This document shows positions 12,901-24,487 of a stretch of 64,000 nucleotides of DNA, piece after piece. The stretch's first letter is position 1. Each line of letters opens with the position of its first letter. The notes under the pieces were generated by a model. It did not search any database and was not told the origin of the DNA. It saw only the letters and a list, made by a program, of their open reading frames with translations. The stretch comes from Podarcis pityusensis (Eukaryota), in assembly GCA_964106645.2 (NCBI GenBank), contig OZ067046.1; one strand, written 5' to 3'. The position numbers were made by a program, and so were the translations under genes.

Positions 12901-15298
12901 ATGCTGTCGATGGCGGTTTCCCCCTCTAAAATCTTAACCCGCTTCTTAGTCATATTTATTTATCCGATCCAGATTTCTAAAGGAGGATAAGCACAGGCTA
13001 ATAGAGGAGCACCATTGAAATGGGGGAGGGGGGTTTCAAAGGGGGAAATTACCCAAACGATGATGACATGCAAATTTTCCACCCAAATTATCATAAGTAA
13101 ACACCTGAAGCCTGGACTAATAAAATCCCATCTGTGTTACTTCATATCGAGTTAGTAGAGAGCGCTGATAATGATTTTTGTAATATCTCCCGAACAGACA
13201 TCTCAATCAGGCACTAATCCTGAGATTTTCCCCACCTTTAAAGAAGGGGGGGACCCTCAGAATTACTAAAACCCGCAGCTTCCAAATGTGGCACCCCAGA
13301 GCTCTTCCGAAGGAGGCCTCCTGAGGGTGCCCTCCGTGTAAACCAAGCGGGGTGGGAACCCTGGCTAGGCGGTGGTCTGCGTTGGGGGACCGTCTTTTCC
13401 TCTCGCTCCGTGGGTCATCAGCCAATTCCCCTGAAGGTGTTTAGAACGGTCTTCGAAATCCCTTCTACAAGAATAGGACCGGGAGGTTCTGTATACCTAC
13501 CTGGGTGAAGGAGTCAGCGAGCTTATCCTGGTCAATTTCTCCGTGGCTACAGAGGGCCAAAACTCACGATGTATTGCACAAGCTCCGTCTCTGATCGGGG
13601 TGAACTAAGCCCTCATTTTAAGGGAATCTCCTTCTTAAATTCGGGGGCACCAAAATTTCCGCAGAATGAAACTTTCTTTTTGATTTTGTGTATTTTTCTC
13701 TCAGTGGGGGGCAGGAGGTAAATATGCACACACACACCCACACCCCAATGTCCCTGAAAATAAACCCGGCCACTTTGCATCCCGGCTATTTTTCTAGATT
13801 AGTTCTATAGTGAGAGCGACGGATATCCAAATTCCTTCTCCTCCTTTACTTAAATGGTGGCAACTTTTTAAAAGTAGGACAAAAGAGGAAAGACCGCGCA
13901 GGCTTTAATTTTCAATTCAGGGAAGCAGCTGGTTGCATTATTTGAATGGGTTTAGGCACGCCTAGCTCAGCATAGGATCGGGCTGCGCCTCATTAATTAG
14001 CTGCCAGCCCGATCCTAACCCTGCATTTACTGGGAATTAAGTCGCGGGAAGTTTAGTACGACTTGCTCCCAGGTAAGAGCGCAACCTTATGCGCCCGATC
14101 CTCCTGTTTTCTCCTCGATGTGTAGGAAGTGTCTGGGATCGGAGCACCGGAAGTGCATCCTATTGAGTTTCTCTCGGGCCTACTTTTGCAACAAAGAATT
14201 AAAGGGTCAGGATTCTACATCACCAGGGTAGGCCAGTCCCATTGACAGCAGCGCGTCGCTTCAAATTTGGCCAGTGAAGGTCCCACTGGTAGGTTAGTGA
14301 AACTGAACGAAGCTTTTTATAGAGGAAGAAGGGTAAATTCCATTCAAAGACATTTTCATTAGACAAGCTGAGCAAAGCTATTTTCTCTCTCTGTCTTCCC
14401 AGCAAGGCACAGAGTGGGTAGCGCCTGACTACAGCCACAGGTTTTTTTTTTTACAAACCTAAGGGAAGTCCAATCCCAACACCCCTCCCCACAATAATAA
14501 TTCTTTCAAGTGTTTCTGAATTGAGACGGTTATGTCAAGTGAGAAATATCCCTAGAGGCGAAGGGCATTACTCAGATTCCACGCGTCAAATGATGCACAT
14601 TAATTTACATTAGTTTTGCATTGGTGAGGATGAGGATAATTGTGTATTATTATTACTATTACTACTACTACTATTTTCTGCCTTATATATTCTATAGTGG
14701 GTCTTTAAACACCAAAACTGAGACACAAGGAAGAGGGAAGTTGAATGGCCAGGTACCACATTAATTTTCTCCAAAACCAAAAAGCCCGAACCGCACTACT
14801 CAGTCAAGCCGACTCTCTTTGAGTTCCAGGAGATGTAGTTCAATCGATTTTAAGCAAACAAACAAACCTCGATTTTCCTGGACTGGGAGTCGGGACTAAA
14901 AAAAAATCGCGTAGGGATCTCCGCCCTCCCCTTCCTCTTGCCTTTAAATGTCCAAAGAGGAAAGAAACCAGCAACACAAGCCTAACCATATTCCCCTCTC
15001 CGCCCACGAAGTTAAGTCCCACCGAATGTGTTTAGGATTGCAGGCACCTCCCTCCAACCAAACATCTGCCGCCCCCCACTTTTCACCTCCTTTCTTCTCC
15101 AGTCCGGGGGGAAAAAACGGATGGTAAACTAGGCAACTGTTACGTGTTTTGTTTTGTTTTTCTTTCCTTTGCTTAAGACTTCTTTTTAAGAGGCGCTCAG
15201 CGTCCTCTGTTCGCCCAGCCGAGCTGTCAGGTTGGTGGCTTCATTCTGTGTGTCTTCTTAACGCCCATATGCATCTAATGTTTTGCAGATAACGGGTT

Positions 15299-15344
15299 AT
15301 GGAGTCCAACTGTCGTAAACTTGTATCGGCTTGCGTTCAGTTAG
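15299..15344 (+). CDS. PITX2: PITX2 exon 2 coding part (start of isoforms a/b): MESNCRKLVSACVQL + 1 nt
   Basis: Acceptor ttttgcag| at 15288, ATG at 15299, donor TTAG|gtaaga at 15345. 46 coding nt, phase 1. Matches the known PITX2a/b N-terminus METNCRKLVSACVQL. Confidence 0.97.
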
Positions 15345-16228
15345 GTAAGAGAGATATTTCCCATCGATTTACACTTCGCAAGAATGATGTCGACGTGCGG
15401 TGTGCATTTGTTTTGATTTGTGGGTGGGTTGTGCTGTTTTTTCCCCCCAGTCTGTTAAAGCACCTGGGTGATGGGCGCGCGGGTGTATGCATAATATCTA
15501 CCGAAGGATGTCCTGGCAAAGAGGACCACCCCCAGTGGCCACTTCCATCCCCATCCCATTTGCAGCCCGATCCCTAATCCAGTTGAGGGGGTGTCCTGTG
15601 GCCTTTTGGCTGTTTGCTGGAGCCCAGCTCCCATCAGCCAAAGGCCAGGGGAGATAAAAGTTAACCGATTTCCGAAGAGCCAAAGGTTGCGTAATTTATT
15701 TATTTTTTATCACAGTATTGCAATGCTTCTGTGTTGAGAGTAGGAATCGAGGGGTGAAAATTCACTGAAGGGATCGGGACTAGCCTGGCTTTCAGTCTTC
15801 GAACTCCGGCTTAGCTGGACTGTGGTTCCAGCGCCCTTGAGTTTCCTATCCTAGCACCTCGATTCGAGGCGTCCTGCTAGATCCAGTGTTTTGATTTCTG
15901 CCGCAGAGCTCTGTGTAAAGTCCAGGGTGCCCACTGGCCTGGCTAAGGCAGGCTCCTGGGGTGGCTGCTCCTGGTCCAAGGCAGAGAAAGCGGAGGAGCG
16001 GGGAGTCCCAGGGTTGGATTGGGTTGGGGGGTATGAGACGGGACTGCCCTTTTCACAAACGTGTCCTAAGCGTGCTTGCTTTCCAAACGCACTTTCCCTA
16101 ACTCGCTGTCTCTCTCTCTTTGTCCCCCTTCCGTCGCTCTCTCTGCCTGCTTGCCTGGCCTTTCCTTCTCCCGATCCACGACCCTCTTTTTCTTTCTCTT
16201 TCTCTTCCTCCCTCTCCCTCTCTCTCAG

Positions 16229-16366
16229 GGGTACAACCTTCTGCTGTTGAATGTCTTTTCTCCAAAGACTCTGATATTAAAAAAGGAGAATTCAATGATT
16301 CTCCAGAGAGCAGGAAGGAAGCTTCTAGCAGCAAACTGTTCGGAAGGCAACACCCCAGCGCCAATG
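16229..16366 (+). CDS. PITX2: PITX2 exon 3 (PITX2b-specific cassette exon, 138 nt): (G)VQPSAVECLFSKDSDIKKGEFNDSPESRKEASSSKLFGRQHPSAN(E)
   Basis: Long pyrimidine tract and cag| at 16228, donor ATG|gtgagt at 16367. Symmetric phase-1 exon of 46 codons, similar to the mammalian PITX2b insert VQPAAVECLFSKDSEIKK... Confidence 0.95.
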
Positions 16367-16726
16367 GTGAGTCTGCCCACCCCTTTCTGGTCAGCCTCGC
16401 ACTTGAATCTAGCTTCCCCATCCCCCCCCCCCATATTCCCATCGGTGTCTCCTAGGAAAGGTTGATAGGTGCGATCTTGTATCACTGCGCCCAGTCGAAC
16501 GAGATTCAAGTTGCAACCACAATGTATAGCGTATTGTGTGTAGGCCAGGAAAGCGGTGCGCGGGTGGGGCGGGGCACTTCTATTGCTTCTGCCTTTTAAA
16601 GCTTTCTTTAGCAGCTGTTGGATTCTACGCGGCCGCCCTGGTGATGTTTGTGCGCCTCCCTGGCCCAATCTCCCCTCTTTCTGTTTTAATCGCCAGCGCT
16701 GCGCCTCGACCTAAAGGAAGTGCAAC

Positions 16727-16761
16727 AGCGCCCTCTGCTGCTCAGGTCCATGGGAACTGCG
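16727..16761 (-). promoter_or_regulatory. CTCF site with upstream (ZF9-11) motif
   Basis: The minus strand reads CGCAGTTCC-CATGGA-CCTGAGCAGCAGAGGGCGCT: U motif, 6-bp spacer, near-consensus core. Confidence 0.65.
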
Positions 16762-18349
16762 GGCAGCGCGGTCTGTGTGCGGGGTGGGGCGGGGGGGAAG
16801 CGGGTAAATTCTGGACGAAAAGGCTTGTTTGCCAAAGTTAATTTGGTTCGGGATTTTCCGCGTGAAGGGTGTAACAACTGTACTGAGCTTGTCTCTGTGG
16901 TCCCAAGGTGTTCTCGGTAAGCAGCAATCCTCTCCCGAAGCAGGGGGCGATTCCCCCCACCCCAAACAGCAGCCGCCTCAACCAAACTCCCATACAAACT
17001 TTCACTAAATTCAAGGCAGGGGCGTCTTCGCCTTAGACGTGTGGTGTTTGCAAAAGAGCAACATGGCAACGTCAGAGAGCTGGGAAGGGCCGGAGGCATC
17101 CGCGAAGGCGCAGTCAGGTACCCTTCGCTTGCTGCCTGACATCATTAGAAAAGCTGGCATGTTCCTTTCCGAAACAGGAATCGAGGCAGCTCAATCCTTC
17201 TGAATGTTTACTTGGAATATATATATATGGAACAAATCCCACCCCACTTAAAAGAATGAGCACCCACCCACCCAAAAAAGACCACAAGCATAACTAGTAG
17301 TTAAGAACCAAAGACCTGGCGTGGATGGGTTAAATAAAATGTTTTTGATCTTTAAAAAGCCATCAAAGGCTCCAGGCTTACAAATGAGGTGCCACCACTG
17401 GAGAGGCCCCATACAAAATGCTTACAAAATAATAGACCTTAGCTCACCACAACTCTCTGACACAAAGTGAGCTCTGCTTGATTTTACTTGGAGCAGCTTA
17501 GAGCGAACGAGTTACACAGTATCTCCCAGGCTAGAAAACAAAGACATTGCGGTGCCATGATTTCTGCCTTATATGATGCCAACCTAATTTTGCTGGCATA
17601 AGATATAGTAATCTAAATTAATATTAAAGGAGAAGAGACTGTGTTAAGAATGTAACTTCTGTGATAAACAGTGGCATGAAGTAACATAGACTCTCTCTAA
17701 CGCACACCCACCCAATGGTCAATTGTTTTCAGTCGACATCCACTGATTTCCTAGACTCCGATTGGATACCAGTTCTTTTTACATAGAAAACTGAAAACCT
17801 TGTATAATTTTAAAAGCTGGGGGGGCGGGGGGAGAGGTTAGTTTTAAACTTTCCTCTTGATGACCGGTAGGTATATCCCGTCAGAAACACGCATTTTCCC
17901 ACAATTTAAAATAAAATACAAAACACAATCCTTTATATGTCTACTCAGAAGTAAATCCTATTGACTTTATTGGGGCTTATACCGAGGTAAGTGGCATAGA
18001 GTGGCCGCATTGATTTAAGCTCTGTGTAATAGATCAAGATACGCTGATACTACCACGCTTACTATACCATACATACCACACCCAGTTCTTATACCAACAT
18101 TACAAAACCATCGCATTTTCTGCAGTGAGGGGTGGGGGTGGGAGAGAGCTACTTTAGAGTAAGGATTCGATGCTTTACATCCTACTATTGAAATCAAGGT
18201 GTTAAAATCCCGGTTTTGATCGTGATTGAAAGATAAGACAAAGGCCTTCCTAGTGCGCTTTTACTTGGAAGCAGGTCGGTTTTATCTGGTGGTGAAAGAC
18301 CCATCAATGAGTGAAAAGTCATTTCTTCAATTCAAGTAACAGGTGATTA

Positions 18350-18575
18350 CAGTGGTACCTCAGGTTAAGTACTTAATTCGTTCCGGAGGTCCGTTCTTAA
18401 CCTGAAACTGTTCTTAACCTGAAGCACCACTTTAGCTAAGGGGGCCTCCTGCTGCTGCCGCTCCGCCGGAACAAGATTTCTGTTCTCATCCTGAAGCAAA
18501 GTTCTTAACCTGAAGCACTATTTCTGGGTTAGTGGAGTCTGCAACCTGAAGCGTATGTAACCCGAGGTACCACTG
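18350..18575. mobile_element. Tc1/mariner-superfamily non-autonomous element (226 bp)
   Basis: TIRs CAGTGGTACCTCAGGTTA ... TAACCCGAGGTACCACTG (17/18 match); TA target-site duplication at 18348-49 and 18576-77. Confidence 0.92.
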
Positions 18576-18650
18576 TATTATAGCGTCCGTGTATCAAGGG
18601 AAATGAGAGTCTTAACGTTGGAGGTCACTTTTTAGGCTGCACTTGCACTT

Positions 18651-18853
18651 CGTTGTTGTTTAGTCGTTTAGTCGTGTCCGACTCTTCGTGACCCCATGGA
18701 CCAGAGCGTGCCAGGCACTCCTGTCTCCCACTGCCTCCCGCAGTTTGGTCAAACTCATGCCGGTAGCCTCGAGAACACTATCCAACCATCTCGTCCTCTG
18801 TCGTCCCCTTCTCCTTGTGCCCTCCAGTTTCCCAACATCAGGGTCTTTTCCAG
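18651..18853 (-). mobile_element. 5'-truncated BovB (RTE) LINE 3' end with 13-bp TSD
   Basis: GTCGTGTCCGACTCTTCGTGACCCCATGGAC...TCCAACCATCTCGTCCTCTGTCGTCCCCTTCTCC is the BovB 3' end. TSD TGCACTTGCACTT at 18638-18650 and 18854-18866. Confidence 0.9.
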
Positions 18854-20726
18854 TGCACTTGCACTTACCTGAGAGTAACCCCCATTGAGCCCAATTTGGC
18901 TTACTTATGAGGAGACATGCGTAGGATCGTGGTGTTGAGCGTGATGTGATTTGAGCTACACACTTGCTTGGGAGCGAACCCTATTGAATTCTGTGGGACG
19001 TTCTTCTGAGACATTCTTCTGAGACATCAGACTTAGAGGGTTGTGTCATATATGGTGTCGTAGATCGATCGGAGCCCCACTGAAAAGGAGGACTCTGTTC
19101 TGTTTAATATATTCAGATGCCCAGATGTGCCCCTCAGCGCCTGTATTCGTGCCACCTTAAGAACAGAATCTTTGATTGCTAATTAATATAGACTCTGCTA
19201 ATTGGCCGCATTTACGAACTGAGATGAGGACCTTCTAATTCCACGTGGAAACACCCGCTGAAAGAGATCTTCCTGCGCTATTCAGCCAATCTGAAGGAGG
19301 AGCATGTAGTCCGCCTTAAGTAATTCCGGGATGCTCCATCAAACGCCAGTTGCACTGACATCAAGCAATCCGACTTCTGAGCGAGAGCTTAGATTTGGAA
19401 CCATTTCCAAATGCTTGGTGACCTTTTCACTCTTCTCGCTGAGAAACAAGTGGCTATTTTTCTAACCGTTCATTAAGAGCCTGGGGTTTTGTATCTACAT
19501 GTTACATTTCCTGCCCTGCACAATGATCCGTGAGTCTGTTTTTCACCCTCTGAAATCAGAAGGGAAATTGCTATGTAAACATATAAAGACCATTGGTGGG
19601 GCGGTGTTGTTGTTAAAACACACCGACACGCAAGTTTAGCCTACGAATTCGATTCAACGGCTGCCATCCGATACACGCTTACCTGGAAATAAGTCCCAAC
19701 TCAATGGCATTTTCGAGTAGACATTCACAAGACTGCACTGTAGGTTGATTTGTTGCAGTGGAAAGAGTGGCACGAAACCAGCTTCAGACCGAATATTTCG
19801 GCTGAAGTAAGTTTTGGGCTGTTCTGTCCTACCTAAGGAATCCATTGGCCTTCATGGTATAATAGTAATGCTATCTATTGGCCTTTGGTACAATGAATTC
19901 TCAATGGTGACCACCTTCATAGCGGAAGGGACCGACCAATGTGTGGAGATGACAGAACTAAACCGAGCAGCCAGATCCTTTAAGGCATGGCTAGGCAAAA
20001 GGTAGATCCGGATCGACGGTCTCTGGGCGACTTGCACTAGATCGCCAAAGATTTCTGAATTAACAACAGATTCTGCTGCTGGTGGTTATTGTTTTCAAAA
20101 TTAGGCTGGTGGGGGTAAGGAAGTTTGGGAAGAAAACCTGGAATGGATTTGTGTGTCTATGGATGGGGACCTCAGTTATGACACTGAAAACAAAGTCCTT
20201 GGCTGAGATGCACCCGGGGCGCCCTGTTCATTAATGAACATAGCGCCTCTCGTTCTGGGCTGCGAAGAGAGAAAGGAGCTCCCACAAACCTGAAGTGAGA
20301 AAGTTTGACGCAAATGTTTAGCTTTGATTGCCTTTTAAGTAAGTGAGATTAAAGTGTGTCCTTTTCACCTGCCACACCCCCCCACACACACACCAGCCAT
20401 GCTTAAGAGCAGACACCATCCCCAAACGCTCTTTCCCAGAGAAAAGTCCCACTGATTGAGGACTGGAAAGGCTTGGCCAGCTTATTAAATCCTTACTCCC
20501 AAGTAAACGATTTTCAGAAGGGTAGCTGTGTCACTCTGTTAAAGGGAAAACTACGCCTAGTCTTGTGGCACGTCGAAGATATCCTCAAATGTATTCATAG
20601 ATTTTCTAACTCTAGACGCGTTGGGCTTCAACTACAAAAGCGCGGGATCTGCCAGGAAGGTCTCCTGCGCAAGCCCCATTGAAATGAACGGGGGCTCCAC
20701 CAGAGCAGGATGGCCTGGCATAACAA

Positions 20727-21272
20727 CTTCTTTTTCTTCTTTGGCATCACTCATGGCTGAGTAAGATTGTCTTCCATGAACATGGAAGTGAGTCCGTAAG
20801 TGACTGTGGAAGCCAATTCTGGATCCACACGTCCTTCTACAGTGGGGAAATAGGGGTTTGGGTTTTTTTTGGGGGGGGGAGTTGATAATGGTGAGGGTTT
20901 GCCAAACGTGCCTTTCCCTTGGCACGTTTCTCCCTTTCGTTCTGAGTTCCAGCATCTTCAAAGTCCATGTCACCTTTGGTAAAAAGCCTGTTCTCCAATC
21001 GGAGCGCTCACAAGGCCAGCATTTCCCAGTTGTTGGCATTTATGCTACTTTTTTTAGGTTTGCCTTGAGAGAGTCTTTAAACCTCTTTTGTTGGCCGCCA
21101 GCTTTATGCTTTCCATTTTTAGGTCCGGAATAGAGTAGTTGCTTTGGCAGACGATAATCAGGCATCTGAACAACATGACCAGTCCAACGAAGTTGATGTT
21201 GAAGAATCATTGCTTCGACACTTGTGATCGTTGCTTCTTCCAGTACACTGGCATTAGTTTGCCTGTCTTCCC
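20727..21272 (-). mobile_element. RTE-clade LINE 3' fragment (frameshifted ORF end)
   Basis: Minus-strand ORF 20632..21039 contains the C-terminal C2H2-like motif HCRRTCGSRIGFHSHLRTH typical of RTE elements; (GAA)n-like tail at ~20730. Confidence 0.85.
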
Positions 21273-22356
21273 AAGTTGCCTAGTTGCCACGTTGTCTAGT
21301 GCAACGGGACTTGGATATGACTGGTGTTTTTGCCAGGTGGGGTGGTCTCCGTTCATTTCAACCCTGCTTCCCGGCTGATTTTGGAAAGAAGGAATGAGTG
21401 GAGATTATTCTGGATCGGGTTTTGAGTCCCTCAGTAAAGAGGAGTGAATTGTCAGTCGTCTGGATGTCTCTTTTCAGTTCGCTACTTGAAACTTCCTCTG
21501 CAAGGTAGTTTTGTTAAAGCCAACGCAACCCTAGGCACTGCAGATTAGGGCGAGTATTTATTTATATTTTAACCCACAAGTCCTGGATGGTTGATGGAAA
21601 GCAAGAAGCATTTGGGGGGTCGGTGCTTTAAAAAAACAACGAAAATGCTTGCATAAACTTCCGGTTAAAAGTTTGTAGCATTTCCCAGGTAACAGTAACA
21701 TACCAAGTTCATCTATTGACTTTCCGAAATGAGGGCAACATGGTAGGGTTTTTTGTTTGCTTGTTTTAAAAAGGATGTAGTCATTGTTTAAAACCTATAC
21801 ATATCTACTCAGAAGTAAGTTCCCCTGAGTTCAATAGGATTTACTTCCAGGTAAGTAGGTACAGTATGCCAGCCTGTTCCTGGTTAATTCATGCGTGATA
21901 GGCTAATTTAATTCAATTATTTGTTTACTGAAGTGGGGGTGTTGAATTAGATACATATGCGAAATCCAATTAAACTGAAGTAGATCCGGGTTTCATTTAG
22001 TTTAACCCCAAAACCTCGGCTGCGATCCTGAAAGTCGGTTCTTGCATAATAATAGATCAGTATGTCAGATAAATAATAGCCTCTTTCAGGCGTGTAAGAT
22101 GCACTTCTGTGTGAACATTCGTGGTAGGGGAAAGCAAGTTCGACTGGCTACAGTGGGTCTATTTTCCGATTAAAGGTGTAGAGGATCTGGGGCCCCTGTG
22201 TAGTTTTTCGATCCCATAGGAACAGCCCTGTCTGTCCACATCTCGCTGCAGGAAGACTATGTGGCATTTCCGTCACCCGCTTCCTAGGAAGCAAGCAGCA
22301 CTTTGCTTAAATATGAGCCCGGCAGAAGCTTCATCAAACCTTTCAGGGCCAAGTCG

Positions 22357-22540
22357 AGGAAGGGCCGTAGTTCAGTGGTAATACTTTTGCCTTGCATGCA
22401 GAAGGTCCCAGGTTCAGTCCCCGGCACCTCCAGGTTAGGGCTGGGGATGACCCTTGTCTGAAAGCTTGGAACCTCCCTGTCAGTGAATGTGGACAATGCC
22501 GAGCTAAACGGACCGGTGATCTAAGGTAGCTCTATCCCTA
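22357..22540 (+). mobile_element. tRNA-derived SINE (Squam3-like)
   Basis: A box TAGTTCAGTGG, B box GGTTCAGTCCC, body CTCCAGGTTAGGGCTGGG...GTGGACAATGCCGAGCTA. Confidence 0.8.
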
Positions 22541-22664
22541 GGGCTAGACAGATCAGCTGGAGGAGGGAGTATAGCAGGGCTGATCCCTGAAAAGCGGCAT
22601 ATAAGTCTCAGGAAAAAACAAATGCATACCTTCAAAGTTTAGCTAAGGCCAAACACTTAGTTAA

Positions 22665-22705
22665 CAGCAGCAGCAGCAACAACAACAACAACAACAACAA
22701 CAACA
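22665..22705. repeat. (CAG)n(CAA)n trinucleotide repeat, intronic
   Basis: Read directly from the sequence. Confidence 0.95.
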
Positions 22706-23222
22706 TTAAATGGGGCCGCAGTGTTATTATTTAGGCAAGGATCTGACAGATTAATCGAGTTTTAGACACAGTGATCCACTAAAAATATGCCCTTCTTAAT
22801 CAATAGACCTCCGTTTTAAAACTTTTTAATTATTTTAAATACAAGTATCAGCACCGTCTTAAGGGAGGCATTGTGTTCCTTGTGAGAGGGACTCTATTCT
22901 TCACATGGGTCCATCATTTAAAAAAGCAAAAATCGTTGCTTTTTTAATGTAAAGCCATTGCTTTTTTCCCCGTATGAAGATTCAATGGTTGCATTAGTCG
23001 ATTAGTTGACTGAAAACATGCGACCAATCGATTAGGATTTGCTTGATAAGTGATACCCGTTGTTCACTAATTTTTAAAGCCAAGCACAGCCAACGTTGTA
23101 CCCCTTTCCAACGCTGTAGTCCTAATGTACAAATACCTCGGAGTCATTGTCCTGCATGTTCCATTGATTTCAGTGGGGAAAACTTATTCTGTGTTCATTC
23201 AGCTCAATGCTGTCTACACTGA

Positions 23223-23389
23223 AGGGAGCCTGTGGCGCAATGGGTCAGGGTGGGTCTGACTTGTAAACAGAAGGTTGGTGGTTCGAGCCCACCCAGGGAC
23301 AGGGCAGGATTCCTGTGTTGCAGGGGGTTGGACTCGATGACCCTCCCCCCCCCAATCCCTTCCAATTCTACAGTTTTATGGTTCTATGA
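23223..23389 (+). mobile_element. tRNA-headed SINE with CR1-derived 3' tail
   Basis: A box TGGCGCAATGG, B box GGTTCGAGCCC, then GGGTTGGACTCGATGACC...CCTTCCAATTCTACAGTTTTATGGTTCTATGA (CR1-type tail). Confidence 0.8.
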
Positions 23390-23622
23390 GTCTCCGGGGC
23401 TTCAGACAGGGGACATCGCCAGTCCTACCTGTAGATGTCGGGCATTGTATCTGGGACCTTCTGCAAGACTGAAGGCTCTTCCTTCCACATTCGTGCTGGC
23501 ACATGCTGAATATTTCTTCCACTGAAATCTGTGTGGGGTCTGCCGCCTAACGATATCCATGCCTACTAGGAAGTTAGTCCCACTGAGATCAATGGCGCTG
23601 GTTCCAGTTCTTCTAACGAGGA

Positions 23623-23881
23623 AGAAGAAGAGGAGTTTGGATTTGATATCCCGCCTTTCACTCCCTTTAAGGAGTCTCAAAGCGGCTAACATTCTCCTTT
23701 CCCTTCCTCCCCCACAACAAACACTCTGTGAGGTGAGTGGGGCTGAGAGACTTCAGAGAAGTGTGACTGGCCCAAGGTCACCCAGCAGCTGCATGTGGAG
23801 GAGCGGAGACTCGAACCCGGTTCCCCAGATTACGAGACTACCGCTCTTAACCACTACACCACACTGGCTCTCTCTCCACAC
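23623..23881 (-). mobile_element. Young tRNA/CORE(MIR)-like SINE with 8-bp TSD
   Basis: Minus-strand head GAGCCAGTGTGGTGTAGTGGTTAAGAGC...GGTTCGAGTCTCC, CORE-like GTGACCTTGGGCCAGTCAC, (TTC)n tail. TSD AACGAGGA at 23615 and 23882. Confidence 0.85.
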
Positions 23882-24406
23882 AACGAGGACTTAGAAGGGC
23901 TAAATTCTGTCTCAAGGGTACCCATTCAAGGGCGGGGGAGGGGGACGACGGGACACTTAGATCAAGAAGACTATCAAATCAATATTGCTATGAAGCTCGG
24001 GGCAGGTTTACAATCCAAATACGCCTGACCTGTGGAACCTTTTTCGGATCTAGTGAACAGGAAAGAACTGGAGTCGCGTGTCGAGCCCTTTTCCAGGGAG
24101 CAAGTTCCATTCAACTCAGTGGGACCTACTCCTGGAAAAAAAGCGTGTTGAGGATTGCTCTGTCAGCCGTCGTTTTCTTGAGGACTCGGAACCCATCGAG
24201 TCAACATTTCGTTTATTTCTTAAAATAAATTCGATGTCGCTATTCATTCCCGGAAGAGTTTCAAAGTGGTTCACATTCCACAACGCAACAAACTCCAGCG
24301 TCGTGGGAAAGCACGTCCTCGTTATATGTGAACCCTGCTTCCCACGCAAAGTTGGTTTACAAAGCGGCTTCCAATTAAAAATCCAAAGTGACAGTATAAG
24401 TGTGTG

Positions 24407-24410
<4 letters not shown>

Positions 24411-24484
<74 letters not shown>
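24411..24484. repeat. (TG)19(AG)18 compound microsatellite
   Basis: Read directly from the sequence. Confidence 0.98.

Positions 24485-24487
<3 letters not shown>

Noticed and set aside
1893-14648. Isolated FoxH1-like octamers (1893, ~5798, ~13687, 14641)
   Set aside because: Single sites are expected by chance in 64 kb; only the paired sites were reported.
22357-22430. tRNA-like sequences (also ~23230, ~23800, ~51805)
   Set aside because: A/B boxes run straight into SINE bodies and tails, two with TSDs, and no complete cloverleaf is evident; these are SINE heads, not tRNA genes.
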